The notes under the pieces were generated by a model. It did not search any database. It was not told the origin of the DNA and saw nothing but the letters and a program-made list of their open reading frames with translations. A program made the translations under genes and the position numbers. Of a DNA stretch of 64,000 bases, positions 1 to 9,400 are shown piece by piece (position 1 is the first letter of the stretch; each line of letters starts with the position of its first letter). Source of the DNA: Escherichia coli (GTDB lineage: Bacteria > Pseudomonadota > Gammaproteobacteria > Enterobacterales > Enterobacteriaceae); NCBI RefSeq assembly GCF_013315695.1, contig NZ_CP054353.1; one strand, 5' to 3'.

Positions 1-48
1 GCCAAAGCAATAAGTCCCAAACTAAACCCGGGGAGTTTTTTCAGTTTC
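1..48 (-). CDS. Partial ORF start at window edge, product unknown
   Basis: ATG (reverse complement) at 46-48 reading out of the window; only 16 codons (MKLKKLPGFSLGLIAL...) visible; not recognised. Confidence 0.2.
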
Positions 49-449
49 ATAGATTAACCATCCATTCATTGGATTAACAAACATTCCTGGTCAAATAACC
101 TATGAGTTCAGATTACCAAAACGGAGGGTAAAGACAAAAACAAAAGCACAAGAAATTTAAATAGATAAACAGCGACAATACATAAATGATAAATAAGTCA
201 GCATTATCATTTTTCACCTTATTTTCATGACATTGATCACTTTGGAGTGACGAATTTGTTTAACAAATAACTCTTCGACATCAAAATTATTAATAGTTGC
301 CATTGGAATTATTTCGATGATATATAAAAACAACTGTGATAACACCAGGGTTGACAACTATTTGCGCAATAATACCTTTCCTTCAATGATCCAGGCGTTC
401 ACTGCCAGCAACCCATTCAGCCGCATACTGACAGTGAGAAACTGAAAGT

Positions 450-553
450 TTAGTGCTGATCCCTGTGGCTGACGAGTCTTTCCCTTAATCGATTAACCAG
501 ATTGATCGCCAGCCAAACAAGGGCATTAAGCAAATTTATCGTCACAAGCACTT
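450..553 (-). pseudogene. ymgF: ymgF 3' fragment (codons 41-72), separated from the 5' part by IS2
   Basis: Minus-strand translation (E)[33 protein letters not shown] continues in frame from the fragment at 1871-1990; together they give a 72-aa small membrane protein matching recalled YmgF. Confidence 0.7.
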
Positions 554-1456
554 TGGATTTGCCCCTATATTATCACTTAACCCATTACAAGCCCGCTGCC
601 GCAGATATTCCCGTGGCGAGCGATAACCCAGCGCACTATGCGGATGCCATTCGTTATAATGCTCGAACGCCTCTGCAAGGTTCTTTGCTGCCGTTAACCC
701 GTCTGGTTTGGGCATGATACTGATGTAGTCACGCTTTATCGTTTTCACGAAGCTCTCTGCTATTCCGTTACTCTCCGGACTCCGCACCGCCGTGTTCTTC
801 GGTTCAAGTCCCAACATCCGGGCGAACTGGCGTGTTTCATTAGCCCGGTAGCATGAACCATTATCCGTCAGCCACTCCACTGGAGACGACGGAAGATCGT
901 TGCCGAAGCGGCGTTCCACCGCTCCCAGCATGACGTCCTGTACTGTTTCACTGTTGAAGCCGCCGGTAGTGACCGCCCAGTGCAGTGCCTCACGATCACT
1001 GCAGTCCAGCGCGAACGTGACACGCAGTCTCTCTCCGTTATCACAGCAGAACTCGAACCCGTCAGAGCACCATCGCTGATTGCTTTCTTTCACGGCCACT
1101 CTGCCTGTATGTGCCCGTTTCGATGGCGGTACAGCAGGTTTTCGCTCAAGCAACAGCGCATTCTGGCGCATGATCCGGTAAACACGTTTGGCATTGATCG
1201 CAGGCATACCATCAAGTTCTGCCTGTCTGCGAAGCAGCGCCCATACCCGACGATAACCATACGTGGGCAGCTCTCCGATAACATGGTGTATACGGAGAAG
1301 CACATCCGTATCATCAGTGTGACGACTGCGGCGGCCATCCATCCAGTCATCGGTTCGTCTGAGAATGACGTGCAACTGCGCACGCGACACCCGGAGACAA
1401 CGGCTGACTAAGCTTACTCCCCATCCCCGGGCAATAAGGGCGCGTGCGCTATCCAC
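542..1456 (-). CDS. insD: IS2 transposase InsD (OrfB), variant C-terminus; ORF terminates 12 bp outside the IS end
   Basis: 304-aa ORF matching recalled IS2 InsD except the tail ...[12 protein letters not shown] (canonical recalled as ...LSDNRCLEI). Confidence 0.85.
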
Positions 1457-1870
1457 TTTTTTGCCCGTCCATATTCAACGGCTTCTTTGAGGAGTTCATT
1501 TTCCATCGTTTTCTTGCCGAGCAGGCGCTGGAGTTCTTTAATCTGCTTCATGGCGGCAGCAAGTTCAGAGGCAGGAACAACCTGTTCTCCGGCGGCGACA
1601 GCAGTAAGACTTCCTTCCTGGTATTGCTTACGCCAGAGAAATAACTGGCTGGCTGCTACACCATGTTGCCGGGCAACGAGGGAGACCGTCATCCCCGGTT
1701 CAAAGCTCTGCTGAACAATTGCGATCTTTTCCTGTGTGGTACGCCGTCTGCGTTTCTCCGGTCCTAAGACATCAATCATCTGCTCTCCAATGACTAGTCT
1801 AAAAACTAGTATTAAGACTATCACTTAAATAAGTGATACTGGTTGTCTGGAGATTCAGGGGGCCAGTCTA
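554..1870 (-). mobile_element. IS2: IS2 insertion sequence, 1317 bp, flanked by 5-bp direct target duplication CACTT (549-553 and 1871-1875)
   Basis: Terminal sequences TGGATTTGCCCC (554 onward) and GGGGGCCAGTCTA (ending 1870) match IS2 ends; insC and insD ORFs inside; identical 5-bp flanks. Confidence 0.9.
1414..1779 (-). CDS. insC: IS2 InsC (OrfA) transposase regulatory subunit
   Basis: Track ORF contains [26 protein letters not shown]...; start adjusted to conserved Met (121 aa). Confidence 0.9.
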
Positions 1871-1990
1871 CACTTCTCCCAGCCCGGTACTGGGTTTTGC
1901 AATAAGGATGACCAGGAGAGTGATCAGCATAAATGCAATGGAAAAGATGATATAGAGAGTGAAATAATCCAGATTATTACTATTGTTCAT
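1871..1990 (-). pseudogene. ymgF: ymgF 5' fragment (codons 1-40) truncated by the IS2 insertion
   Basis: Manual minus-strand translation MNNSNNLDYFTLYIIFSIAFMLITLLVILIAKPSTGLGEV ends at the IS2 left end. Confidence 0.7.
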
Positions 1991-2121
1991 GCTACTAATG
2001 GCAATCCTGTCAAAACTTTCAAACAATTATAGCAAACAAAATAATGAACAATAGTAACAAGAGGCAACGAGCTAATTAGCTGTCTATAATTACACCGCAC
2101 CATGGCCTTACTGATCAATTT

Positions 2122-3645
2122 TCACTCAACCACAACCTTCACCTTCGGTTTAGAAAGGATAATTTTGACCAGGTCGATGTATGTAACAGGTTTATAGAAA
2201 TAATAACCCTGCTGAAATGTGATATTATTTTGGTTCAGATAATCAAGTTGTTCTTTCGTTTCGACACCTTCAGCGACGATACTGATCGAAAGTTTACGCG
2301 CCAGATCCAATACACAATCCAGAATTCGGGTTGATTCTGGGTCTGCGTTGACGCGGCCAACGAAACTGTGATCAATTTTGATATAATCAATATGCAGGTC
2401 ATGCAGATAAGAAAGCCCTGAGTAGCCAGTACCGAAATCATCCAGCGCGATGACAAAACCATTTTCATGCAGAATGTTCAACCGCTGAACCAGACTTTCA
2501 TCAACATTTAATGGCTCACGCTCGGTGACTTCCAGAACGAGGTTTAAATCGCGGCGGGTAAAACTGTCACGGTAATTTAAGCACTCGTCGACAAACGTCG
2601 GCGAAATAATATGCGAGGCGCTAAAATTAATTCCAATATGAAAACCTTCCGGCAGTTTACTCGAGATAGCGTTCATCTGTCTGGCAACCTGATTCATCAG
2701 GCTTTGCGTAAGCGGAACGATTAATCCGGATTTTTCAGCAAGTGGAATAAATGCCGCGGGTGATATATATCCACCGTGAAGTTGTTTCCAGCGGGCTAAC
2801 ACCTCAACTCCCCGCAATGTCCCTTCCCGACCATTTACCACAGGTTGGTAAAAAGGGACGATCTCCCCATTATTTATTGCCCGTCGCAGGATCTCTTCAG
2901 GCGTTGCGCATTTATTGAAATACCTATCAAGCAGCAAAGCAGCGGCGCAGGCGATTAACAGAATAAATATCAAAATCCCAAAGCCTTTATCGATAAGTCT
3001 GTAGAAGCTAAAGAGTGGCGGCGGGTTAAAGATAATAGTGAAATGATATTTTGTGGAGTGAACCTTCTCGGTATAGGGATAATGTCCATTAAGCGTCATC
3101 ACATCACCCGTTGGTCCAATAATGTCATCCGCCACGCGTAATACATACCTTACCCCTTTCAAGGGTACATTAAGCGCCCCGCGAATATGCTGATCACTTA
3201 TCGTAACCAAAATGCGCGTATCTGCAAATTGGCTCTGATAGAGCAGGATAGGTAATCTATTAACGGTGTCGATTGCCGGAGCCAACAGTAAATTACTGTC
3301 CGGGACAACAGGAATACGAGACAGCAGGACCCGATTCCCCGGTAAGGATGTACACCAGACCGTTCCCTGTTTGAGAATGATGATTGTGCGCAGGTGAGGT
3401 TTCAGAGCTGCTTCAGTGCCAAGCTGATATTGCTCCTCGAGGTCGCATTCCTTCCCGGCAATGTTAACCGCTGTTTGAGTCGCCTGTGACGCTTCTTCAA
3501 GTATATGATTGATATTGTTGGCGGCATATCTCGCTCCTGCCAGGTACTCTGCTTTTGCGGAATACCAGAGCTGGATGTTCAAAATAGCGACACCGGTTAT
3601 AAACAAGCATATCGCAACGAGGATGGGTATGAGTGTATTGCGCAT
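2122..3645 (-). CDS. pdeG: CSS-domain cyclic di-GMP phosphodiesterase (EAL domain) PdeG/YcgG
   Basis: Track ORF 2122..3687; N-terminal TM, periplasmic CSS region, C-terminal EAL domain; start set at MRNTLIPILV (507 aa). Confidence 0.85.
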   Translation of the reverse strand: MRNTLIPILVAICLFITGVAILNIQLWYSAKAEYLAGARYAANNINHILEEASQATQTAVNIAGKECDLEEQYQLGTEAALKPHLRTIIILKQGTVWCTSLPGNRVLLSRIPVVPDSNLLLAPAIDTVNRLPILLYQSQFADTRILVTISDQHIRGALNVPLKGVRYVLRVADDIIGPTGDVMTLNGHYPYTEKVHSTKYHFTIIFNPPPLFSFYRLIDKGFGILIFILLIACAAALLLDRYFNKCATPEEILRRAINNGEIVPFYQPVVNGREGTLRGVEVLARWKQLHGGYISPAAFIPLAEKSGLIVPLTQSLMNQVARQMNAISSKLPEGFHIGINFSASHIISPTFVDECLNYRDSFTRRDLNLVLEVTEREPLNVDESLVQRLNILHENGFVIALDDFGTGYSGLSYLHDLHIDYIKIDHSFVGRVNADPESTRILDCVLDLARKLSISIVAEGVETKEQLDYLNQNNITFQQGYYFYKPVTYIDLVKIILSKPKVKVVVE

Positions 3646-3828
3646 TTGCTTGTCCCGGCCAAAGGGTTTAATACATGAAAATGCCATTCATTCGCTCGCG
3701 CTGGCATCTACAGAGAGCATGGTAGAGAGCATAAGAAATATCCACGCCGAAGATAAAATTTTCTCCATCTTGATCTAACCCATTAATTATTGAGCATAAT
3801 GTAGATAGAATAAAATAAATTAGGCGGG

Positions 3829-3882
3829 ATATCAGGTGTCAAGAATGGAGAGCGAGAACTCTCCATTCTTGACACCTGATAT
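3829..3882. repeat. Perfect 24-bp inverted repeat with 6-nt loop; probable bidirectional terminator or protein-binding palindrome between ymgC and pdeG
   Basis: ATATCAGGTGTCAAGAATGGAGAG-cgagaa-CTCTCCATTCTTGACACCTGATAT read directly. Confidence 0.8.
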
Positions 3883-3976
3883 TGCGGACATATTAAGAAA
3901 GCATAACGCCTGAAATGCTCACTTTGCACCAGCATGGTAATACAGCTGATGTTTATTCTATAACCTTACTCAAGTT

Positions 3977-4225
3977 CTAAGAGATCACGGATTCCCTGTC
4001 ATTAATAATGATATCCGTTAGTGTAGTCTTATGCATTTCAATGTACTGCAATATTTGCAGATAGAGATCAGAAAGAATCACACTGGTTTCATCTTTTAAA
4101 CGCAAGCGTAAAGCCTGATCAATAATATAACTATCAACATACCCATGCGTCATGAACACCTCCCTCTCGAGATTTTTAAACAAAGCACATTGCAAAATAA
4201 ATCTCTCTGGGATTGAATTATTCAT
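3977..4225 (-). CDS. ymgC: YmgC small protein (ycgZ-ymgA-ariR-ymgC operon)
   Basis: 82-aa ORF MNNSIPERFILQCALFKNLERE... matches recalled YmgC. Confidence 0.85.
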   Translation of the reverse strand: MNNSIPERFILQCALFKNLEREVFMTHGYVDSYIIDQALRLRLKDETSVILSDLYLQILQYIEMHKTTLTDIIINDRESVIS

Positions 4226-4337
4226 GTCAGCCTCGTAGAAATATTAACCCAATAAAATTATGCTGTGTATAGTCTAAAGCGACAGACAAAAATAAGATGA
4301 ATGAGTTTTCTATAAATTTATACTTAATAATTAAAAG

Positions 4338-4604
4338 TCACATATCATCCGCTGTGTATCGCAACACGATTTCCAGTGTTTTTCTGATCACATCAGCTTT
4401 GAGGATATCATTTGTTGTTTCCAGGGAGTGTATCAGACTTAAGATAATATTTTTATTATTAACATTATCGCCTGAAAGCATTAAATTGGTGACAGCCTGC
4501 CCTAACACAGCTGACTCTTCTTCTAACAAATTACCCGAACTGCGAAAGTAACTTGATAACGCTTTATCAGCTATTGCATTATGAATAGTAGTATCTTCAA
4601 GCAT
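4338..4604 (-). CDS. ariR: AriR/YmgB, biofilm and acid-resistance regulator
   Basis: 88-aa [23 protein letters not shown]... matches recalled AriR. Confidence 0.85.
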   Translation of the reverse strand: MLEDTTIHNAIADKALSSYFRSSGNLLEEESAVLGQAVTNLMLSGDNVNNKNIILSLIHSLETTNDILKADVIRKTLEIVLRYTADDM

Positions 4605-4632
4605 AGTAACCTCTCATCTTACTTATGAAATT

Positions 4633-4905
4633 TTAATGTATTCTGTTTATTTTCTTACCATTGAAAATACTTTTATTGTCAGTTATCGCTGTTCTTCTGT
4701 TTGGCCCTCCTGTATCACTGTTACTAAAATCACGAATTATGCTGTCAATTAAATCTCGTCGGAAAGCATTTTCCTCAACAGATTTCATTACGAGTAATTG
4801 CTTAATAAGAGTCTGCAACGAAAAATTTATCTTCATGCGCAGTATCTGGAGCACCGCCTGGCCAGTAATTTCATATTTTGTACTTTCATTATCAGATGTC
4901 TTCAT
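4633..4905 (-). CDS. ymgA: YmgA small regulatory protein
   Basis: 90-aa ORF MKTSDNESTKYEITGQAVLQ... matches recalled YmgA. Confidence 0.85.
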   Translation of the reverse strand: MKTSDNESTKYEITGQAVLQILRMKINFSLQTLIKQLLVMKSVEENAFRRDLIDSIIRDFSNSDTGGPNRRTAITDNKSIFNGKKINRIH

Positions 4906-4947
4906 AACGACTTCATAGCTAACCTGTTAAATAATCAGGCTGTTGCA

Positions 4948-5184
4948 TTATTCAAAAAGCAACCCAATTAGTGCATTATAATGTTTCTGTTCCTCTTCCC
5001 CTGTCGCTTGTTCCAGTCTGCCTAGAAGTTTGGCACAAAGCGACTTTCGACTCAGATTACGTCCATCTTTCAAAATCTCAGTCACAATTTCCCCGAGAGT
5101 TTCCTGCTGAGTAGGCAAGTTAGCTTTTGCAAAGTAACGAGTGATTGCTCCCGCAGAATCTAAAGTCACTGAATTTTGATGCAT
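4948..5184 (-). CDS. ycgZ: YcgZ small regulatory protein
   Basis: 78-aa ORF MHQNSVTLDSAGAITRYFAK... matches recalled YcgZ. Confidence 0.85.
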   Translation of the reverse strand: MHQNSVTLDSAGAITRYFAKANLPTQQETLGEIVTEILKDGRNLSRKSLCAKLLGRLEQATGEEEQKHYNALIGLLFE

Positions 5185-5497
5185 GCTACGCCTCTGTTAA
5201 AAATGTTAATCAATGTTAAGTAAGGTAACAATAGCAAACTTGTACGAAATATGTGTACAAAATGATAAATTAATTTTTTGCATTTAGTGCTAATACATAC
5301 AAAACAACAGGTTATGATAAAAAATATTGCATCATTTAAATAACAACCTATACAAGAATTTTCGCCAACTCATCTTCAACTTTTTCCATTTTTTATCAAT
5401 GTAAAGAAACAGTTATGTTTTGGTATTAAAAGAAAGACACCGGAAGATATGTCTGTTACCGTCTTACTCTCGCCTCTCCCATTACCCTGGACAGTTA
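5185..5497. promoter_or_regulatory. Divergent ycgZ / bluF promoter region (expected BluR-repressed ycgZ promoter)
   Basis: AT-rich 313-bp intergenic region between divergent operons; operator not located. Confidence 0.4.
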
Positions 5498-6709
5498 ATG
5501 CTTACCACCCTTATTTATCGTAGCCATATACGTGACGACGAACCTGTCAAAAAAATCGAAGAAATGGTTTCGATAGCAAATCGCAGGAACATGCAGTCTG
5601 ACGTAACAGGGATCTTACTGTTTAATGGTTCTCATTTTTTCCAGCTTCTGGAAGGTCCGGAAGAACAGGTTAAAATGATATATCGGGCTATATGCCAGGA
5701 TCCACGGCACTATAATATTGTTGAGCTGATGTGCGATTACGCGCCTGCTCGCCGTTTTGGCAAAGCGGGAATGGAATTATTTGATTTGCGCCTGCACGAG
5801 CGAGATGACGTTTTACAGGCCGTATTCGACAAAGGCACATCAAAATTTCAGCTAACTTATGATGACAGAGCGCTACAATTTTTTCGTACTTTTGTCCTTG
5901 CAACCGAACAAGCAACCTATTTCGAGATCCCTGCCGAAGACTCCTGGCTTTTTATCGCTGACGGATCTGATAAAGAACTTGATTCCTGTACCCTTTCACC
6001 AACTATAAACGACCACTTTGCCTTTCATCCTATTGTCGATCCCTTATCGCGGCGGATAATCGCTTTTGAAGCCATTGTGCAAAAAAATGAAGATAGCCCA
6101 TCAGCTATAGCGGTTGGGCAGCGTAAAGACGGGGAAATCTATACAGCGGATCTCAAAAGTAAGGCGCTTGCATTCGCGATGGCACACGCACTTGAGCTCG
6201 GTGATAAAATGATTTCAATCAATCTATTACCTATGACCCTGGTTAACGAACCTGACGCAGTCTCTTTTTTACTTGATGAAATAAAGGCCAATGCTCTGGT
6301 GCCTGAACAAATCATCGTTGAATTTACTGAAAGTGAAGTCATATCTCGGTTTGATGAGTTTGCAGAAGCGATTAAATCGCTTAAGGCTGCCGGTATCAGT
6401 GTAGCAATTGATCATTTTGGCGCAGGTTTTGCCGGTTTGTTACTCCTGTCACGCTTCCAGCCTGACAGAATTAAAATCAGTCAGGAATTGATTACCAATG
6501 TTCATAAAAGCGGGCCACGGCAGGCAATTATTCAAGCGATCATAAAATGCTGTACATCACTTGAAATTCAAGTCTCTGCTATGGGTGTGACAACACCAGA
6601 AGAGTGGATGTGGCTTGAATCTGCAGGAATTGAGATGTTTCAGGGAGATCTGTTTGCGAAAGCTAAATTGAATGGTATCCCTTCAGTTGCGTGGCCGGAG
6701 AAAAAATAA
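5498..6709 (+). CDS. bluF: Blue-light sensor BluF/YcgF (BLUF domain plus degenerate EAL domain)
   Basis: Track ORF 5420..6709; start set at MLTTLIYRSHIRDDEP (403 aa). Confidence 0.85.
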   Translation: MLTTLIYRSHIRDDEPVKKIEEMVSIANRRNMQSDVTGILLFNGSHFFQLLEGPEEQVKMIYRAICQDPRHYNIVELMCDYAPARRFGKAGMELFDLRLHERDDVLQAVFDKGTSKFQLTYDDRALQFFRTFVLATEQATYFEIPAEDSWLFIADGSDKELDSCTLSPTINDHFAFHPIVDPLSRRIIAFEAIVQKNEDSPSAIAVGQRKDGEIYTADLKSKALAFAMAHALELGDKMISINLLPMTLVNEPDAVSFLLDEIKANALVPEQIIVEFTESEVISRFDEFAEAIKSLKAAGISVAIDHFGAGFAGLLLLSRFQPDRIKISQELITNVHKSGPRQAIIQAIIKCCTSLEIQVSAMGVTTPEEWMWLESAGIEMFQGDLFAKAKLNGIPSVAWPEKK

Positions 6710-6913
6710 TTTTCAGCACATTATTTCGTATGATTTCTGAAAATCATCGTGAAAATGAATACGTTATGTTTAAATTTAATCCACATTAAAAATAATGTTT
6801 CATTCAATTTAGCTGAAATCTTATTTATACTTTGTACAATTTTAGCGTATATTGTACAAAGTATTATTGGGTCGTGTACAGGCGACGGAGATTTGTGACC
6901 GCAAGGAGGAATT

Positions 6914-7645
6914 GTGGCTTATTACAGCATTGGTGATGTTGCTGAACGTTGCGGGATTAATCCTGTCACTCTCCGGGCCTGGCAACGCCGCTACGGTTTG
7001 TTAAAACCACAGCGCAGTGAAGGCGGACACCGACTCTTTGATGAAGAAGACATACAACGCATCGAAGAGATCAAGCGTTGGATAAGTAATGGCGTCCCTG
7101 TAGGCAAAGTTAAAGCATTACTGGAAACCACCAGCCAGGATACGGAAGATGACTGGAGCCGCCTGCAAGAAGAGATGATGTCAATTCTTCGTATGGCTAA
7201 TCCTGCCAAACTACGCGCGAGAATTATTTCACTGGGTCGAGAGTACCCAGTAGATCAATTGATTAATCATGTTTACCTTCCTGTTCGCCAGCGTCTCGTG
7301 CTTGATCACAACACCTCCCGCATTATGAGCAGTATGTTTGACGGCGCATTAATTGAATACGCAGCAGCCTCGCTTTTCGAAATGCGCCGTAAGCCCGGTA
7401 AAGAAGCCATTCTGATGGCGTGGAATGTTGAAGAGAGAGCACGATTGTGGCTGGAAGCATGGCGTTTATCATTGTCAGGATGGCACATTTCTGTTCTTGC
7501 TGATCCCATTGAATCGCCGCGCCCGGAACTGTTCCCGACGCAAACATTGATTGTCTGGACAGGCATGGCACCAACGAGAAGGCAAAACGAACTTTTACAA
7601 CACTGGGGTGAGCAAGGTTATAAAGTCATCTTCCATGCCCCCTAA
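6914..7645 (+). CDS. bluR: MerR-family repressor BluR/YcgE
   Basis: 243-aa ORF with N-terminal MerR HTH ([30 protein letters not shown]). Confidence 0.85.
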   Translation: MAYYSIGDVAERCGINPVTLRAWQRRYGLLKPQRSEGGHRLFDEEDIQRIEEIKRWISNGVPVGKVKALLETTSQDTEDDWSRLQEEMMSILRMANPAKLRARIISLGREYPVDQLINHVYLPVRQRLVLDHNTSRIMSSMFDGALIEYAAASLFEMRRKPGKEAILMAWNVEERARLWLEAWRLSLSGWHISVLADPIESPRPELFPTQTLIVWTGMAPTRRQNELLQHWGEQGYKVIFHAP

Positions 7646-7865
7646 TTTCACCTTTATCCCGCCCCTTAGACAGAATGTTATAATCTGAACCCACAACAGC
7701 GTTTGTACCGGAGCTGGTCCATTACAAAATGCTCACCGGGAGAATTCAGGTAATCCCCCTTTCACACTTTGTACATATCACAGCCAAAGGACAGACCAGA
7801 TTGAAGTGGTAAAACCGATCGTGCACACTACGCAGTCTCACAACTAACAAGAGGTTATTATCCTG

Positions 7866-8270
7866 ATGGATCAGGTCGTTGTTTTTCAAAAGATGTTTGA
7901 GCAAGTGAGAAAAGAGCAAAACTTCTCCTGGTTTTATTCAGAATTAAAACATCACCGTATTGCACATTACATTTATTATCTAGCTACGGATAACATCAGA
8001 ATTATTACTCACGATGACACGGTTTTGTTATTAAGAGGAACCAGGAACCTGTTAAAAGTTAGTACGACCAAGAACCCTGCTAAAATAAAAGAGGCCGCAT
8101 TGCTTCATATTTGCGGAAAATCTACATTTCGGGAATACTGTTCAACACTGGCAGACGCGGGCGTTTTCCGGTGGGTTACTGATGTTAATCATAACAAACG
8201 CAGTTACTACGCCATTGATAATACGCTTTTATATATTGAAGATGTAGAAAACAATAAACCATTAATCTAG
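7866..8270 (+). CDS. ycgX: YcgX, DUF1398-like protein
   Basis: 134-aa ORF MDQVVVFQKMFEQVRKEQNF... matches recalled YcgX. Confidence 0.8.
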   Translation: MDQVVVFQKMFEQVRKEQNFSWFYSELKHHRIAHYIYYLATDNIRIITHDDTVLLLRGTRNLLKVSTTKNPAKIKEAALLHICGKSTFREYCSTLADAGVFRWVTDVNHNKRSYYAIDNTLLYIEDVENNKPLI

Positions 8271-8481
8271 CTAAAGTTGGATGCTTAAAAAATGCTTCAT
8301 AATTCAGTAAGGCATTAGCATAATGGAAATAAAAGTGCAGAGACTATTCATATGGATGAGTAATACTATCTTTTTATTGCCACCCATAAATAATCACCAG
8401 ATCAATACTATCAACTTGATATTTGAAATGTGATCACTTGACTTTTGATACGTTATTTTATAGCGGTTAACATATTTATAA

Positions 8482-8530
8482 AAAACAATGGGCGTGCCAT
8501 ACGCCCGTTTCAATACTTAACGCACATGTG
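8482..8530. repeat. Hairpin-containing ~50-bp repeat, copy A (GGGCGTGCCATACGCCCG stem-loop followed by TTTCAATACTTAAC), homologous to the icd terminator region
   Basis: About 85% identical to 9343-9395 by eye; possible ycgX terminator. Confidence 0.6.
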
Positions 8531-8974
8531 TTTTGGTTTAGTCATCATCCGGTTATATGTATTTTAGCCAGGAATGGGTTAAACCATTCCTATATAACTA
8601 AAAAATTGAAACCTTATTCTCATGTCATGCTTATATTCGTCATTATCGTTATATAAAAAGGCCAACCATAATGTTTAGCAAATTGGCACAAAGTAGTATA
8701 AAGGCTATGTTTTAATTACAGGATGTTCAGTCATTTGAATGTATAACATTTTAGCTAAACAAATCTAAAACGAAGTGAATAATTTAATGTTTTCACTAAA
8801 TCTCATTTTGTTTAATATCTATTGAGATTTCTTGCTTTAAATTTTGTTTTATATAAACAATGGTTTTAATTTTTAATTAATTTGTTTTTTGAGGGGGTAA
8901 TATACTCATATGCAAAATCAAGAAATAAAAATCCTAATGAACCATATTAAATACCGTGGGATAAGACATAACAA

Positions 8975-9298
8975 ATGAAGTGGATAGTAATTGACACGGT
9001 AATTCAACCTACATGCGGTATATCTTTTTCAGCCATATGGGGTGATATGAAAATGATCATCTGGTATCAATCCACTATATTTCTTCCTCCTGGCAGGATA
9101 TTTACACCGGTTAAGTCTGGTATTATCCTTAAGGATAAAGAATATCCTATTACTATTTATAACATCGCACCATTCAACAAGGATTTATGGAGTTTACTCA
9201 AAAGCAGTCAAGAGTGTCCTCCAGGAGAAAGCAAAATAACAAATAAATGTTTGCATAATAGTTGCATTATAAAAATATGCCCATATGGGCTCAAGTAA
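8975..9298 (+). CDS. iraM: Anti-adaptor protein IraM (RssB inhibitor, stabilises RpoS; PhoP-regulated)
   Basis: 107-aa [26 protein letters not shown]... matches recalled IraM/YcgW. Confidence 0.9.
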   Translation: MKWIVIDTVIQPTCGISFSAIWGDMKMIIWYQSTIFLPPGRIFTPVKSGIILKDKEYPITIYNIAPFNKDLWSLLKSSQECPPGESKITNKCLHNSCIIKICPYGLK

Positions 9299-9342
9299 TG
9301 GGCTTCATATAAATATTCTCGACATGCTATTAATAATATCCA

Positions 9343-9395
9343 CATAAATAAAACAACGGGCGTGTTATACGCCCGTTTCAATATTTAACACATGT
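9343..9395. terminator. Hairpin, repeat copy B; probable bidirectional intrinsic terminator shared by iraM and icd
   Basis: GGGCGTGTTATACGCCCG stem-loop between the iraM stop (9298) and the icd stop (9401), flanked by T/A-rich runs. Confidence 0.6.
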
Positions 9396-9400
9396 AGAGA

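Noticed and set aside
502-717. 71-aa plus-strand ORF
   Set aside because: Spans the ymgF / IS2 junction, antisense to both; junction artefact
980-1411. 143-aa plus-strand ORF inside IS2
   Set aside because: Antisense to insD within the insertion sequence; not a known IS2 gene
8800-8830. TGTTTA-like hexamer upstream of iraM as a possible PhoP box
   Set aside because: Only one reasonable half-site found by eye; could not support a full direct-repeat box from the sequence alone
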